NCBI GenBank assembly: GCA_951406725.2
Contig: OX597826.1
Span: 22,630,001-22,694,000, forward strand
Length of the DNA stretch: 64,000 bases
From: Octopus vulgaris
Taxonomy: Eukaryota
Direction: 5' to 3'
In this document: positions 12,982-25,660 of the stretch, piece after piece
How the letters are laid out: every line of letters begins with the position of its first letter
How positions within the stretch are numbered: the stretch's first letter is position 1
Position numbers and translations under genes: made by a program
Notes under the pieces: model-generated
What the model was told of the DNA's origin: nothing
Databases searched by the model: none
What the model saw: only the letters and a program-made list of their open reading frames with translations

Positions 12982-12986
12982 AGGCA
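12927..12986 (+). promoter_or_regulatory. -1 programmed ribosomal frameshift signal (G GGA AAC + H-type pseudoknot)
   Basis: Heptamer in gag frame, pol in -1 frame; 6-nt spacer; stem 1 12940-12948/12960-12968; stem 2 TGCCTCT 12951-12957 / AGAGGCA 12980-12986. Confidence 0.8.
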
Positions 12987-15585
12987 CTATTGGAGACACT
13001 GCCAGTGATTGACGTGGAGGCCGAGGGGCAGACGTTCAAGGCCCTTGTGGATACGGGCTGTACGACCACCCTGGTGACTTCGAGGGTGACGAAGGAATGG
13101 AACGGGGTGTGTAGTGTCCGGGCGGTCGACGGCAGCGAAATCCGTTGCAGAGGCAGCAGCAAGGTAGAGATAGTGGTGCGCGGCGCGACGCTAAGGCTAC
13201 AGGCAATTGTGGCCGAACGCGTGATAAATGGAGTTGATGTGGTGATGGGAATGGACGCCATCAACTGCCTCGGTGGCGTCAGCGTTGTGGGAAATAAGGT
13301 CACGTTCGGAAGCGTGGGGGCGTCGTGCACTGCGAGTCAGGATCACCAGAGGAAGCAGAGCCCCGCGAGGGACTGCGACGCTTACACCATCGAGGACAAA
13401 GACTTTCAGGCGGCGTTCGATGGTCAGCGGTGGACAATAGAGTGGAAATGGAAGGACGAGCCCCCGACACTGGAGAACAGGGTGAGCTGTTACCAGCATA
13501 CCCTGAAAGGCCACGCCAGGGTTGAGTTTGAAGACGAGGTGGAGAGGTGGATCGAGGAAGGGGTCCTTGTCCCTTGGAAGGAGGAGGTAGCGGGCGGAGT
13601 GCTACCCCTGATGGCGGTGGTGCAGCCTACGAAGGGAAAAGGTCAGACCGGTGCTGGACTTCAGGGAGCTAAACCAGCACATATCGTGTCACACGGGAGG
13701 TGAGGCGACAGACGTTTGTGGTGAGGCATTACGCAAGTGGAGACAGTCGACTGAGGCAGCGACAATTGTCGACTTGAGATCGGCACCAGCTCCTACTTTG
13801 ACGACATTTTGGTGGACGAAACTGTAGTGCCAGCCGACGAGGTAGTGAGACATCTGGAGAAGTTCGGACTGATTGCTAAGCCACCGGAGTCGAGTGAAGG
13901 GGGAGCCGCGCTGGGGCTGAAGCTGCGAAGAGATAGATCAGGTGAATTGGTGTTCCGGAGAGGAAATGAAATCCCAGAGCTGAGTTCCAGCGTCAGCAGG
14001 AGAGAGCTGTTCTCGGTGTGTGGGAAGTTGGTCGGTCACTACCCGATCGCTGGATGGCTGCGCACGGCGTGTAGTTACACCAAGAGACGAGCAGAAGGAG
14101 AGAGGTGGGGCGACAAGGTGGGAGAAGGGACGGTGGCGATGATGCAGGAGATCCTAGAGAGGACAATAGCGGAAGACCCGGTCAGGGGGAACTGGTACGT
14201 GCCCAGGACGAAATGCAGGACTGTCTGGTGTGATGCTAGCAGTATAGCGATAGGGGTGGTGTTGGCAATCGAAGGCACTGCGGTGGAGGACGCGGCCTGG
14301 CTTCGGAAAGCAGATGATTTCAACGACATCAATGTCGCCGAACTAGACGCGCTGCTGAAAGGGGTGAACTTGGCCTTGAAATGGGGGCTGCGCACGATTG
14401 AAATGCGGACGGATTCGGCCACTGTGCTTGGCTGGGTAGGATCAGTGATCACCGGTGACAGGAGAGTGCGGACGAAAGGTGCTGCGGAGATGTTAGTGAA
14501 GCGCCGTCTAGGAGTTCTAGGTGAATTGATCGCCGAATTCGGACTGAAGCTGAACGTGGTCTTCGTGCCTTCGGAGAAAAACAAGGCGGACGTACTGACC
14601 AGGGTGAAAAGGGCGTGGTTGGAAGAACCGGAGGAGGCGCGGAGAGGGATAGCTGCGGCGTGTCGGTTGGATGACTCTGAGCTGAAGAAACTGCACGCTA
14701 TGCATCACCTGGGTGTGGACAGGACCCTGTATCTGGCAAAAAAGATTGATGCTGACGTGACCAGGAGAAGCGTCCGGAAGGTGGTCGGGAGCTGCGACAG
14801 GTGTCAGTCCATCGACCCTGCTCCGTGTGGGCATGAACAGGGAAGCCTTTCCGTGGAGCAGAACTGGAAAAGGCTAGCTGTGGATGTGACACACTACCGT
14901 CAGCGAATGTACCTCTCCATGGTCGACTGTGGGCCGGGCCGGCTGGCCATTTGGAGGGAGTTGAGATCGGGCATTGCTGACGAGATCGTGCAGATCCTGA
15001 ACGGGATATTTTTAGAGAGAGGTCCCGTGGAAGAACTACTGATGGTAACGGGATCGTGGAGAGGCACCATCGGACAGTCAAGGCCATAGCGGAAAGAGGG
15101 CACATTTCGCCGCTTGAAGCAGTTTTTTGGTACAACTTGTCTCCCCGATCCGGACAGGCTGAGGAATCGGTGCCACACAGAGCAATATTCAGGTACGAGT
15201 GGAGGCATCCGTGTACTACATCAATGCAACCCGGGCAGAGGAAGAGCACGCCTTCGTGCGGGTCGGGGAGGAAGTCTGGGTAAAACCACCAAACGCACGG
15301 TGTACATCGCAATGGGGAAAGGGGACAATAACCTCCGTAAATTCGAAGAATAACATCTCGATCGATGGTATGCCACGCCACGTTTTGGACATACGGAGGA
15401 TTGTCCATGCCCCAGAGGATGGGACAAGCAACAGTGGGCAAGACGAAAACAACCGACAGGATGACGAGTTCGACAGCAACACACCAGAAACAAGTCCTAG
15501 GGTCGCGCTGCGACCACAGAGGGAGCGGCACCCTCCACCCTGGTTGGCTGATTATGAAACCAGTTTCGGGTGCGGGAGCGAGTGA
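12927..15585 (+). pseudogene. pol: Pol (protease, RT, RNase H, integrase) with deletions
   Basis: LVDTG; RPVLDFRELN; VDLRSA joined directly to SYFDD; WCDAS...AEL...TDS...ADVL; HHCC; LAVDV; VERHHRTVK. Confidence 0.9.
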
Positions 15586-15966
15586 GGAAGCCGGTTCAGT
15601 GATCTATAGATCAGGGGGGCGTGTGGTGTAATGATTAAGGAGTGTGACGGGACGGGTGGGAGCGGAAGTGATGCTTACAGGTCTTGCAGGGCGCATGCGC
15701 CGGCGGAAGCGGAAGCGACGGACTCAACGCACGTGCGGCATCGACCGGTTGCGACAGACCCCAGCAAGGCGCCGAGACGACGAGACGCGAGCAAGTTGGC
15801 TGAAGGCCATCCGACTTCATCCCCAGTCAGGTAAGACCTTATCGCACTTCTGTTTCCTTTTTCCTTGTTCTGTTGTGCTCCTTTCATCAACCACAATGCT
15901 TACAACTTTTAATAAAATGATGTAGTGCGAAACAATTGTACCAAATTACCGGAGTCATTCTTGTTG

Positions 15967-17880
15967 CTTATTTTGATTATATATACATATATATATAAGC
16001 AATAAGAGAGTGACCACATGTGGTCACTCTAACGCAAGAAATAGATCCGCAAAGGGAATCCACCACTCAAGAATTGTTCTCAAGCATTAATTCAACACGC
16101 TAAGAAATGTAAGCGGGCAGGACAAATAAAAAATAACGAAAAAATCCTCGGTAGAGTATATCAAAAATATAATTTGCTGAACCGAACGCCAAAATCAATA
16201 CGAAGCCGAGCAAAGGCGAACGGCACTGCCGATTATACTTGTAGTTACGTTCAAATATCCTCATTTCTGGCGCGTTGAAACTACCGGATGTAAATACTAC
16301 CCCAGTAATTTACTGCCGGTTTGAGAACATATTAATTTATATTTAAAATCACAATAAGGGTGGAAAAATTGAATATTAATTAATAACATCAATTTAAGAC
16401 ACCAAGTAGTTTATTGTAAGTAAAATTACACAATCTATTAACGATGAAACAATTGTATAGAGTTAATCCATTTTTTCGTTATTTTTCATTTGTCCTGCCC
16501 GCTTACATTTCTTAGCGTGTTGAATTACTGCTTGAGAACAATTCTTTAGTGGTGGATTCCCTTATTTTGATTATATATACATATATATATAAGCAATAAG
16601 AGAGGGACCACATGTGGTCACTCTAACGCAAGAAATAGATCCGCAAAGGGAATCCACCACTAAAGAATTGTTCTCAAGCATTAATTCAACACGCAAAGAA
16701 ATGTAAGCGGGCAGGACAAATAAAAAATAACGAAAAAATCCTCGGTAGAGTATATCAAAAATATAATTTGCTGAACCGAACGCCAAAATCAATACGAAGC
16801 CGAGCAAAGGCGAACGGCACTGCCGATTATACTTGTAGTTACGTTCAAATATCCTCATTTCTGGCGCGTTGAAACTACCGGATGTAAATACTACCCCAGT
16901 AATTTACTGCCGGTTTGAGAACATATTAATTTATATTTAAAATCACAATAAGGGTGGAAAAATTGAATATTAATTAATAACATCAATTTAAGACACCAAG
17001 TAGTTTATTGTAAGTAAAATTACACAATCTATTAACGATGAAACAATTGTATAGAGTTAATCCATTTTTTCGTTATTTTTCATTTGTCCTGCCCGCTTAC
17101 ATTTCTTAGCGTGTTGAATTACTGCTTGAGAACAATTCTTTAGTGGTGGATTCCCTTATTTTGATTATATATACATATATATATAAGCAATAAGAGAGGG
17201 ACCACATGTGGTCACTCTAACGCAAGAAATAGATCCGCAAAGGGAATCCACCACTAAAGAATTGTTCTCAAGCATTAATTCAACACGCAAAGAAATGTAA
17301 GCGGGCAGGACAAATAAAAAATAACGAAAAAATCCTCGGTAGAGTATATCAAAAATATAATTTGCTGAACCGAACGCCAAAATCAATACGAAGCCGAGCA
17401 AAGGCGAACGGCACTGCCGATTATACTTGTAGTTACGTTCAAATATCCTCATTTCTGGCGCGTTGAAACTACCGGATGTAAATACTACCCCAGTAATTTA
17501 CTGCCGGTTTGAGAACATATTAATTTATATTTAAAATCACAATAAGGGTGGAAAAATTGAATATTAATTAATAACATCAATTTAAGACACCAAGTAGTTT
17601 ATTGTAAGTAAAATTACACAATCTATTAACGATGAAACAATTGTATAGAGTTAATCCATTTTTTCGTTATTTTTCATTTGTCCTGCCCGCTTACATTTCT
17701 TAGCGTGTTGAATTACTGCTTGAGAACAATTCTTTAGTGGTGGATTCCCTTTGCGGATCTATTTCTAGCGTTAGAGTGACCACATGTGGTCCCTCTCTTA
17801 TTGCTTGTATTAATAATTTTTACTGTATCACAGTTTTTTTTACGCTAGACCACTTGGTGTTTTAAATTGATGTTATTAAT
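15967..17880. repeat. 594-bp tandem repeat (3 units starting at 15967, 16561, 17155) of a self-inverted PLE pLTR fragment
   Basis: Exact 594 spacing; each unit has an internal inverted repeat (gggaatccaccac...aacgaaaaaa and its reverse complement) and split HHR halves. Confidence 0.9.
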
Positions 17881-17912
17881 ACATATATATATATATATAC
17901 ATAAATACATAT

Positions 17913-17995
<83 letters not shown>

Positions 17996-18075
17996 CATAT
18001 ATATACATATATATATACATATATATACATATATATACATATATATATACATATACATATACATATGTATACATA

Positions 18076-18107
<32 letters not shown>

Positions 18108-18172
18108 CATATACATATATATACATATATATATACATATATATATACATATATATATATAAATATATATAC

Positions 18173-18203
<31 letters not shown>

Positions 18204-18435
18204 CATATATTTACATATATATATATATACATATATTTACATATATATATACATATATATACATATATGTATACATATATATACATATATATACATATAT
18301 ATATATATACATATATTTACATATATATATATACATATACATATATTTACACATATATATACATATATATACATACATATACATACATATATATATATAC
18401 ATATATATATATACATTTATATATATACATATATA

Positions 18436-18989
18436 TGTTCGAAGGTTGTAATGGACGCAGGTTCGTGTGTCATATAGCTAGCTAGAGGCGGTGGCCTCTT
18501 GGAGCTAATCAGTGACAGCTTTAGTCTTATTTATAGACTGCCATATTAGTATGGCGATAACTATTAATATCCAGTAACGCTGCTGTAATCTCTTTTAGAG
18601 AGACATAGTAATTTTAATATTTCTATTATTGAAAACAAGTGGATGTATTCCACTGTAACTAGGCAAATAAAATCTTCGAACAGACGCTCAGTAGCGACAC
18701 TTGCTGGTTCTGACTACGCTGCATTGATAAAGGGCAACAACCCTGAAACATGTCTGCAGATGTCTGACTAGCAAGGTGAAGCGGCTGACCTCCCCTGTTC
18801 GAAGGTTGTAATGGACGCAGGTTCGTGTGTCATATAGCTAGCTAGAGGCGGTGGCCTCTTGGAGCTAATCAGCGACAGCTTTAGTCTTATTTATAGACTG
18901 CCATATTAGTAGGGCGATAACTATTAACATCCAGTAACGCTGCCGTAATCTCCTTTAGAGAGACTTAGTAAGTTTAATATTTCTATTAT
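18436..18989 (+). mobile_element. 360-bp partial tandem repeat (1.5 units) within (TA)n; pLTR/retrozyme-like
   Basis: tgttcgaaggttgtaatggacgcagg at 18436 and 18796; contains HHR 18719-18759. Confidence 0.8.
18719..18759 (+). ncRNA. Minimal hammerhead with U3-A8 core
   Basis: ctgca-TTGATAA-aggg-caacaa-ccct-GAAA-catg-TC-tgcag; stem I extends via cttgctggt/actagcaag. Confidence 0.85.
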
Positions 18990-19055
18990 ACATACATATA
19001 TATATACATACATATATATATATATATATACATACACATATATATAGACACACAT

Positions 19056-19099
<44 letters not shown>

Positions 19100-19186
19100 A
19101 CATATATATATACATACATATATATATATACATACACACACACACACGCACATATATATATACATACATGCATATATAAATACATT

Positions 19187-19218
<32 letters not shown>

Positions 19219-19303
19219 AATATTATATATATATACATATATATATATATACATATATATATACATATACATATATATATATACATATATATATATATAC
19301 ATA

Positions 19304-19403
<100 letters not shown>

Positions 19404-19464
19404 TTTACATAAATAAATAACGTGAAATACACGAACAAAAAGACAAACGGGTCATTCAAAGCCT

Positions 19465-19499
<35 letters not shown>

Positions 19500-19502
<3 letters not shown>

Positions 19503-22500
19503 AAAAAAGAAGTTTGAAAACGCCACTATATCAGATAAATTTTAATTTTGTTATGAATTTTACATGTTTCGGTTCTTGAAAAAACGAACCTTATCAAAAA
19601 TATTATAAAAAGAAAAGTGTAATAGAAATGTTCATAATTGTTTCTTACTGGTCTCAATAGAATCCATGTGGTGGTGTTTTGTCGGTAGTAGGTATTAAAG
19701 CTATAAATATCAAGTTGAGTGTAGTAAAGAAGTTCATTATTGTTTCTTGCTGGTATCAACAGGAACCGCGTGCTTGTTTTTTAGTTTCCTTGTGTTCCAA
19801 TGGAATGGTAGCAGCAGTAGTGATTGTTGGTCTTAGTAGTAGTAACCGTGGTTGTGGTTTGGGTTGCAGCAGCTTATTGGTTGTAGCGGCTAAGTTGTGG
19901 CAGTCCTAGCAGCAGCAGTATGTCCAGTGGCTTAAATGGCAGTAGTAGCAGTTACTGTTGGTCATAGTTTTGGCAACCGTGGTGGTGGTTGGGGTTGTAG
20001 CAGTTAAGCTGTGGCCGTAGCAGTAGCAGTAGTGGAAGACTGTTGATCGTAGTAGCAATTGTAGTGACCACGGTAGTTGTAGTAGTAGTGATAGTGGAAG
20101 CAGTCGTAGTGATCGTGGTGGTTGTGGCAGAATTTCATTTTTCTTTTCGGAAGACCAATGTTTTGTTTTAATATTCCTAGCCCAGGGTGTTCAAACTTGG
20201 TCTAAATTTTTTGATGAAATAAAGTTCTTTATTTTGGCGTTGGGTGAAGGTTACGCTGTCACTGAATTTGTAAAGTGGGCAAGTTGTAAATTTCGGATTT
20301 TTATTTGAAGCACATCTATCTATGTGTCCACTGACTGGTATTTTCCGGTATTCAGGGCTTCTAATTTGGGATTTATGCACCGCCATCCTTTTACGTAAGC
20401 TATTTTTTGTATGGCCTATATACTGCCTATTGCAACCTGCGCATGTTAAGACGTAAATTAAGTTTTCTGATTCACAGGTGAAGTTTGTTCTGATGGTAAA
20501 CTGATGGCCTTGTTCTAATATGAATTCTGAACCTTCTACCCAGATGACACAGATTCCGCAGTTGGGCTTTCCACATTTTCTAACTGCTGGTTTTATGGTT
20601 GATGTTGAATGCAGTTTAGCTTGGGTTAAAATCCTTTTCAAGGATTTTGGTTGCCGTTTACTTTTAATGATGGTGTGTGTTTCGAGGATCCGGTTCATCT
20701 TTGGGTCTCCCTTTAGTAGGGCTGTGCTTTGTAGTATGGTGCTGAAGGCCTCATTGTTAAGTGGGTTGTGTGTAGAGATGCAGGGAAGGGTTTTTAATTT
20801 TTCTTTCTTTTTTGGTTTTGTTTGTCTCAGGTCTTCTATACTTAATTTAAGTGCTCGTTGGATTGCACTGTCTATTAGGGGCTGTGGATAATTTCTATTT
20901 ATGAGTGTAGTTCTAAGTTCCTGGAGACGTGTGTGTCGGGTGTTTGTGTCTGATATTATGATGCAAATCCTTCTAGCTAAACAAAAAGGGACATTTATTC
21001 TAGTGTGTCTTGGGTGGCATGAATTAAAGGGTAGGTACTGCTTGGAGTCTGTCGGTTTATAATAGATATCTGTCTCTATTTTGTTGCCGGCTTTCTTAAT
21101 GAGGATGTCTAAAAATGGCAATTCTTCTTCGTTATGATCCATCGTGAACTGAATATTATCATTTATTCCATTTAATAGTATTTTAAATTCCTCAAGTTTC
21201 TCTATACTTTTATCCAAGAGGATAAAGCAGTCGTCGAGGTATCTTTTCCAGTTGTTCTGGATATAGGTGGAGAAGGTGTTTCCATATTTCTCGAGTGTTT
21301 TCTGGTAGAGTATTTTCTCGAGGTATCCCATCACTAGGTTGGCAAAAGAAGGCGCAGTACGCATGCCCATCGCTGTTCCCGATCTTTGTCTGTAGAAATT
21401 ATTGTCAAAAATTAAGTAATTGGTTTCTAAAATAAATCTAAGTCCTTCTATTATAAGTTCTTTATTTATGCGAGTTGGGAGTTCAAAGGAGTAGTTATTT
21501 AGCCAGAAAGTGATCGCTTCTATTCCTAGGGTATGAGGGATGTTTGAATAAAGGTTAATTACGTCGAAGGATACTAGAAGGGTTTTCTCATTGACTGTTT
21601 TTGGGAGGTGGTTAAGCATGTCTATATCGTCTCTTACGTAGCTTTTGATGTGCTTTAGGAAAGGTTTAAGAAGTGTGTCCAAGAAATTGCGGAGGCGGTG
21701 AGTTTCACATGCTGGGCCTGCTATTATCGGTCTAAGTTTAAGATCATTTGGTGAAGGGATTTTGATGAGTATATGTTTTGCACGTTTCACTAATTATTTG
21801 GCTTTTGTGGACTTTAGGGATACCGTAGAACAAACTTGATTTGCACTTAAAGTTAGTGATGTATTCGTACTCCTTGTCCGTGAGTCCTTCTCGGTATGTG
21901 TTGATTAATGTCCTGAGGTTATACATTATTTTTGGCTGATTATACTGTTGGGCCCTTTCATAATACGTTTCATCTCTTAATAGGGATAGCACTAAATTTT
22001 TATAATCGTTTGTATTCATTAATACTACCGCGTTGCCCTTATCTGCCTCCTTAATTGTTATTGCTTTGTCTTCTCTTAGTTTGATGAGGTCATTCCATTC
22101 TCTTTTGTTAAAATTTTGGCTGTGTTTTTGTCTCTTGGTGAATTGAAAAGGGAAATTAGTTATGTAGTCACAATAGCGGTCTAAGGTTTTATTCTTTCCC
22201 TTGGTAGGGGTGTAATCGCTGTTGTTTCTAGCTATTGATTCATCATCTATTTGTTTGCCATGAAATTCCTCGGCAAGTCTTAGTTTCCTACAAAATTCCG
22301 AAATATCATCTTTCATTTCATGGTAATTAGAACGTTGTGGGGTTGGTGTAAATTCAAGTCCTTTGGAAAGTATGCTTATTTCGTTAGGTGTAAGTTCTTT
22401 ATTCGAGAGATTGATTATTTTAATTACCTGTGGTTTCTTTTGTTTGTCCGTTGCCATCGTGTATCCCTGTTCCTGTGTGTTAGGTCTAAAAAATGGTTGG

Positions 22501-22965
22501 TATAGTTATGTTCAAAAATACTGTTTATCTGTCTCCTGTTGTTATAATTTTCAGAGTGAGTTTGTGGTGCTCTGTTTTGTAGTGTGTTTTTGTACCTCGT
22601 GTTCCGTCTTAGTTTATCAGGTATATTGTGTTGATAGTTGTTTCTTCCGTATTGTATTTGTTGTTTGTTAGGTTTGTATGGTTGGTTCCTAGGGTAGATG
22701 TTTGGAGGTGGAGTCTTAGTTTGGTTATGTGGATTGTATTTCATAGAATTGTATGTTGTAGCCCTTTGGTTCTCGAAATGGTGTGGTGGGCCCCTGTAAG
22801 TGTTTTGGGGTTGGTGTAGGTAGTGTGGGGGTGCGTTTTAAATGTATTTTTCTGGTGTAGAGTGTGTTTAGATTTCTTGGTGGTTGTTCCGTTCTGTTAG
22901 TATTTGGTTTTGTTTTACTTAATTTTATGAACGGGTTGTTGAATATGTGTTCATTTTTGAAGTTG
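19500..22965 (-). mobile_element. Neptune-type PLE, long copy: RT + GIY-YIG, 3' UTR with HHR
   Basis: ORFs 21744..22457 (KEADKGNAVV) and 20177..21790 (SFDVINLY, GTAMG, RYLDD, CGKPNCGIC, LIYVLTC...QYIG); frameshift near 21770. Confidence 0.95.
19551..19608 (-). ncRNA. Minimal hammerhead with U3-A8 core
   Basis: Minus strand: attt-TTGATAA-ggttc...gaacc-GAAA-catg-TA-aaat. Confidence 0.75.
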
Positions 22966-22987
22966 GTTTCATATATATTCATATTTA

Positions 22988-23046
<59 letters not shown>

Positions 23047-23047
<1 letters not shown>

Positions 23048-23524
23048 CTGGGAAAGACTGAAAATATTAAACTTCTCCCTAGAGCGAAGGAGGGGAGATA
23101 TGCGGTGATATAATACATCTGGAAAATCTTGGAGGGTCTTTGGCATTGAAAGTTACCCCAACCGCCTCTTCATGGTACCAAAGATTCCAACATCAACATC
23201 AAAATGCAGGACCAGATACTGCAACAGCTTGGGTTTCAGAGGACCACAGCTCTTTAACATCCTCCCTACATGCCTGAGAGACTTGCATGGTGTGGATGTG
23301 GGTTTCTTTAAAACTAAACTGGATCTCTTCTTGTCGGGGGCCCCAGATGAACCTACCTCACGACAGGAGACACAGATGCGGGCAGCGGCATCGAACTCCC
23401 TTTGTTGACCAAGTGCCACGTATCAGAGGTGGATTCACATATTAATGTAGCTCATTCAGCGGTGGTGCCCCAGCATGGCCGCGGCCTTTGGGCTAAAACA
23501 TTTTAAAGGATTTTTTAAGGATTT

Positions 23525-23527
<3 letters not shown>
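23047..23527 (+). mobile_element. CR1-group LINE 3' fragment
   Basis: RTRYCNSLGFRGPQLFNILP...PDEP; (ttttaagga)n tail. Confidence 0.85.
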
Positions 23528-23579
<52 letters not shown>

Positions 23580-23583
<4 letters not shown>

Positions 23584-23905
23584 TTCAAAATATAAGAATG
23601 TATAAAATATTTTTATACACAAAATGGAGACCATTCACAGGACTACTTACATGCTAAAAAGGCCAGTATGTATTTTAAAGCTACAGATTCCAAATTAGTT
23701 TATTTGGAAATTAATAGCGAAACTCGAGTTCGGGATTAACTAATTCATCTTTTTCTTCGTTCTAGTGTTATAACGGCTTGCCTCGTGAATTCTCTTTTTC
23801 GTGATTTTGGGTTTTAACTGGCCCTTTTAGCACGTAAGGAGTCCTGTCAATGGTCTCCTCTGTGTATAAAAATATTTTATACACTCTTATATTTTAAAAA
23901 ATATA
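23580..23905. repeat. Imperfect inverted repeat (~88-bp arms) enclosing the 3' half of an HHR
   Basis: Arms 23580-23667 and 23817-23905; spacer has gcta...tagc-GAAA-ctcgag-TT (23680-23730) without a core. Confidence 0.75.
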
Positions 23906-24092
23906 TTATGTCTTATGACTTTTATTCATGCATGCTAACCACTGGTAATAAATTTTAGTTTATTACCCTCAAATTTACGATAGTGTGTGTGTATATATAT
24001 ATATATATAATTAAACAAGGGTAGAAATTGTTATTAATCAATTAAAACCAGTGGCCTAGCATATTAAAAAAATCCGAAGATTAAAAATATTT

Positions 24093-24427
24093 TTTACATA
24101 CACGATTTAAAGGACTGACCACTAAAAGTGGACAGTTTATATGTTAGATACAGACGTCAAAATCGCTATTTTCCACGAAGAACGTGTTCTCAAGAAAAAA
24201 CTCAGCTAAAACCAAAGTGTGAAGATAAGCAAGACAAATGAAAAAATATACGAAATATAAAACGATTTTTTATTTCGTGTATTTTATTTCTTGCTTATTT
24301 TTACACTTTGTTTTTTTGCTGAGTTTTTTCTTGAGAACACATTCTTCGTAGAAAATAGCGATTTTGACGTCTATATCTAGCATATAGACTGTCCACTTTT
24401 AGTGGTCAGTCCTTTAAATCTTGTACG

Positions 24428-24430
<3 letters not shown>
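24093..24430. repeat. Imperfect fold-back (~165-bp arms) of a pLTR-type fragment
   Basis: gatttaaaggactgaccactaaaagtggacag / ctgtccacttttagtggtcagtcctttaaatc; flank accagtggcctagc resembles the 534-bp unit. Confidence 0.85.
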
Positions 24431-24487
<57 letters not shown>

Positions 24488-25571
24488 CTCTTCTTCTTGT
24501 TATTTAGTCCTGGGTCAGCTGTAAACAAAACTCCTCGACATTGCTCTGCGTGCAGCGTTGTACGACAGAAGTCAGAACCACATGACTGCAAAACTTATTT
24601 GATTGAAGGTTATTTTATAGTCCACCATAACATTGAGGAATGAAACAGAGAGCCGGCCCACTCCTGTATATAAACATAACTAAATCATCCGGACTAAATC
24701 TTGTCTAGTAGTGAATCGATTCTGGCATTCCACCACCTTTACAGAAAGTATTGTTTATTAATAACATTTAAAATGTATGAAATGGGAGTAAAAGAAAAGT
24801 GAGAGAATGAAGAGAAAAGATAATAAATACTAGTTAAAAGAGCAGATCTTCTTATCAAATATACTGTATTTTTATCTAAAACAAGAATATAGTAAGAGTC
24901 TCGAATAGAAAGTGACGCCAGAACAAGGTCAAATTCTTTAACCAATGGCCAACCAAACAAGCTTTATAAGAGCGAGTTAAACGATACGACACCCTCTTGT
25001 AGTCATACGATCTGTACTTGTTTACACGACGTATCATAGGATGTGACCTATCTCACATACGAGACCACATGCCTACTTTTTGAAGTGGTGATGGGATAAG
25101 TTCTTAGACGTAGTGTATTATACCATATAAACACACACACACACACGCACAAACAGGCACAAACACACACGCGCGCACACACACGCATACACACGCACAC
25201 ACACACATACTCATTCCCTCACTCACACACACATATACACCCATAAGCATGTAAGCCTATGGTAAAATCATAAAATTAAGCTAGCAGAAATAGCTGACAA
25301 CTGAAAGATACTTCTGTGAAGCACTAATTCGGTGAGGCAGCAAATTTAAGATTGATAAGCTTGAATACCAGAAAGATGTTCTTCAGTTCTAATAAAGAAG
25401 GACTTGTTTACGAAGAAAATATTATAATGCAGGAAGCCATAAATGGACCTGAAAATTAAAATAAAATAACTGTTTATATGTTTCAGACAGTCTGTGTCTG
25501 TTAAGCAAATAAACATTGTGTTGCAGTGTTAACAGGTTTGAAACTGGGTATATTTTTATCAGTGCTTACAG

Positions 25572-25660
25572 CAGTGATTCCCAAACCTACTGTGCCACGT
25601 GATATAATTAGGTGTGCCGCAAAAATATAATTAGGTGTGCCACAAAAATAAAATTGTATG
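25572..25660. mobile_element. hAT (Charlie-like) terminus remnant
   Basis: cagtgattcccaaacct followed by repeated subterminal ggtgtgcc. Confidence 0.4.

Larger units (their letters stand above)
11898..15895 (+). mobile_element. Gypsy/Ty3 LTR retrotransposon, 3998 bp, internally deleted, recent insertion
   Basis: 274-bp LTRs at 11898-12171 and 15622-15895 (TG...CA; one mismatch seen); ATGCT TSD at 11893-11897 and 15896-15900; PPT-like agatcaggggggcg; PR-RT-RH-IN domain order. Confidence 0.97.

Noticed and set aside
14075-15531. Long antisense ORFs in the Gypsy element (similar ones overlap the Tx1 element)
   Set aside because: Shadow frames of GC-rich pol sequence; no recognisable domains.
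16571-17452. Identical 95-aa ORFs
   Set aside because: By-product of the 594-bp repeat; non-ATG start, ends in microsatellite, no motif.
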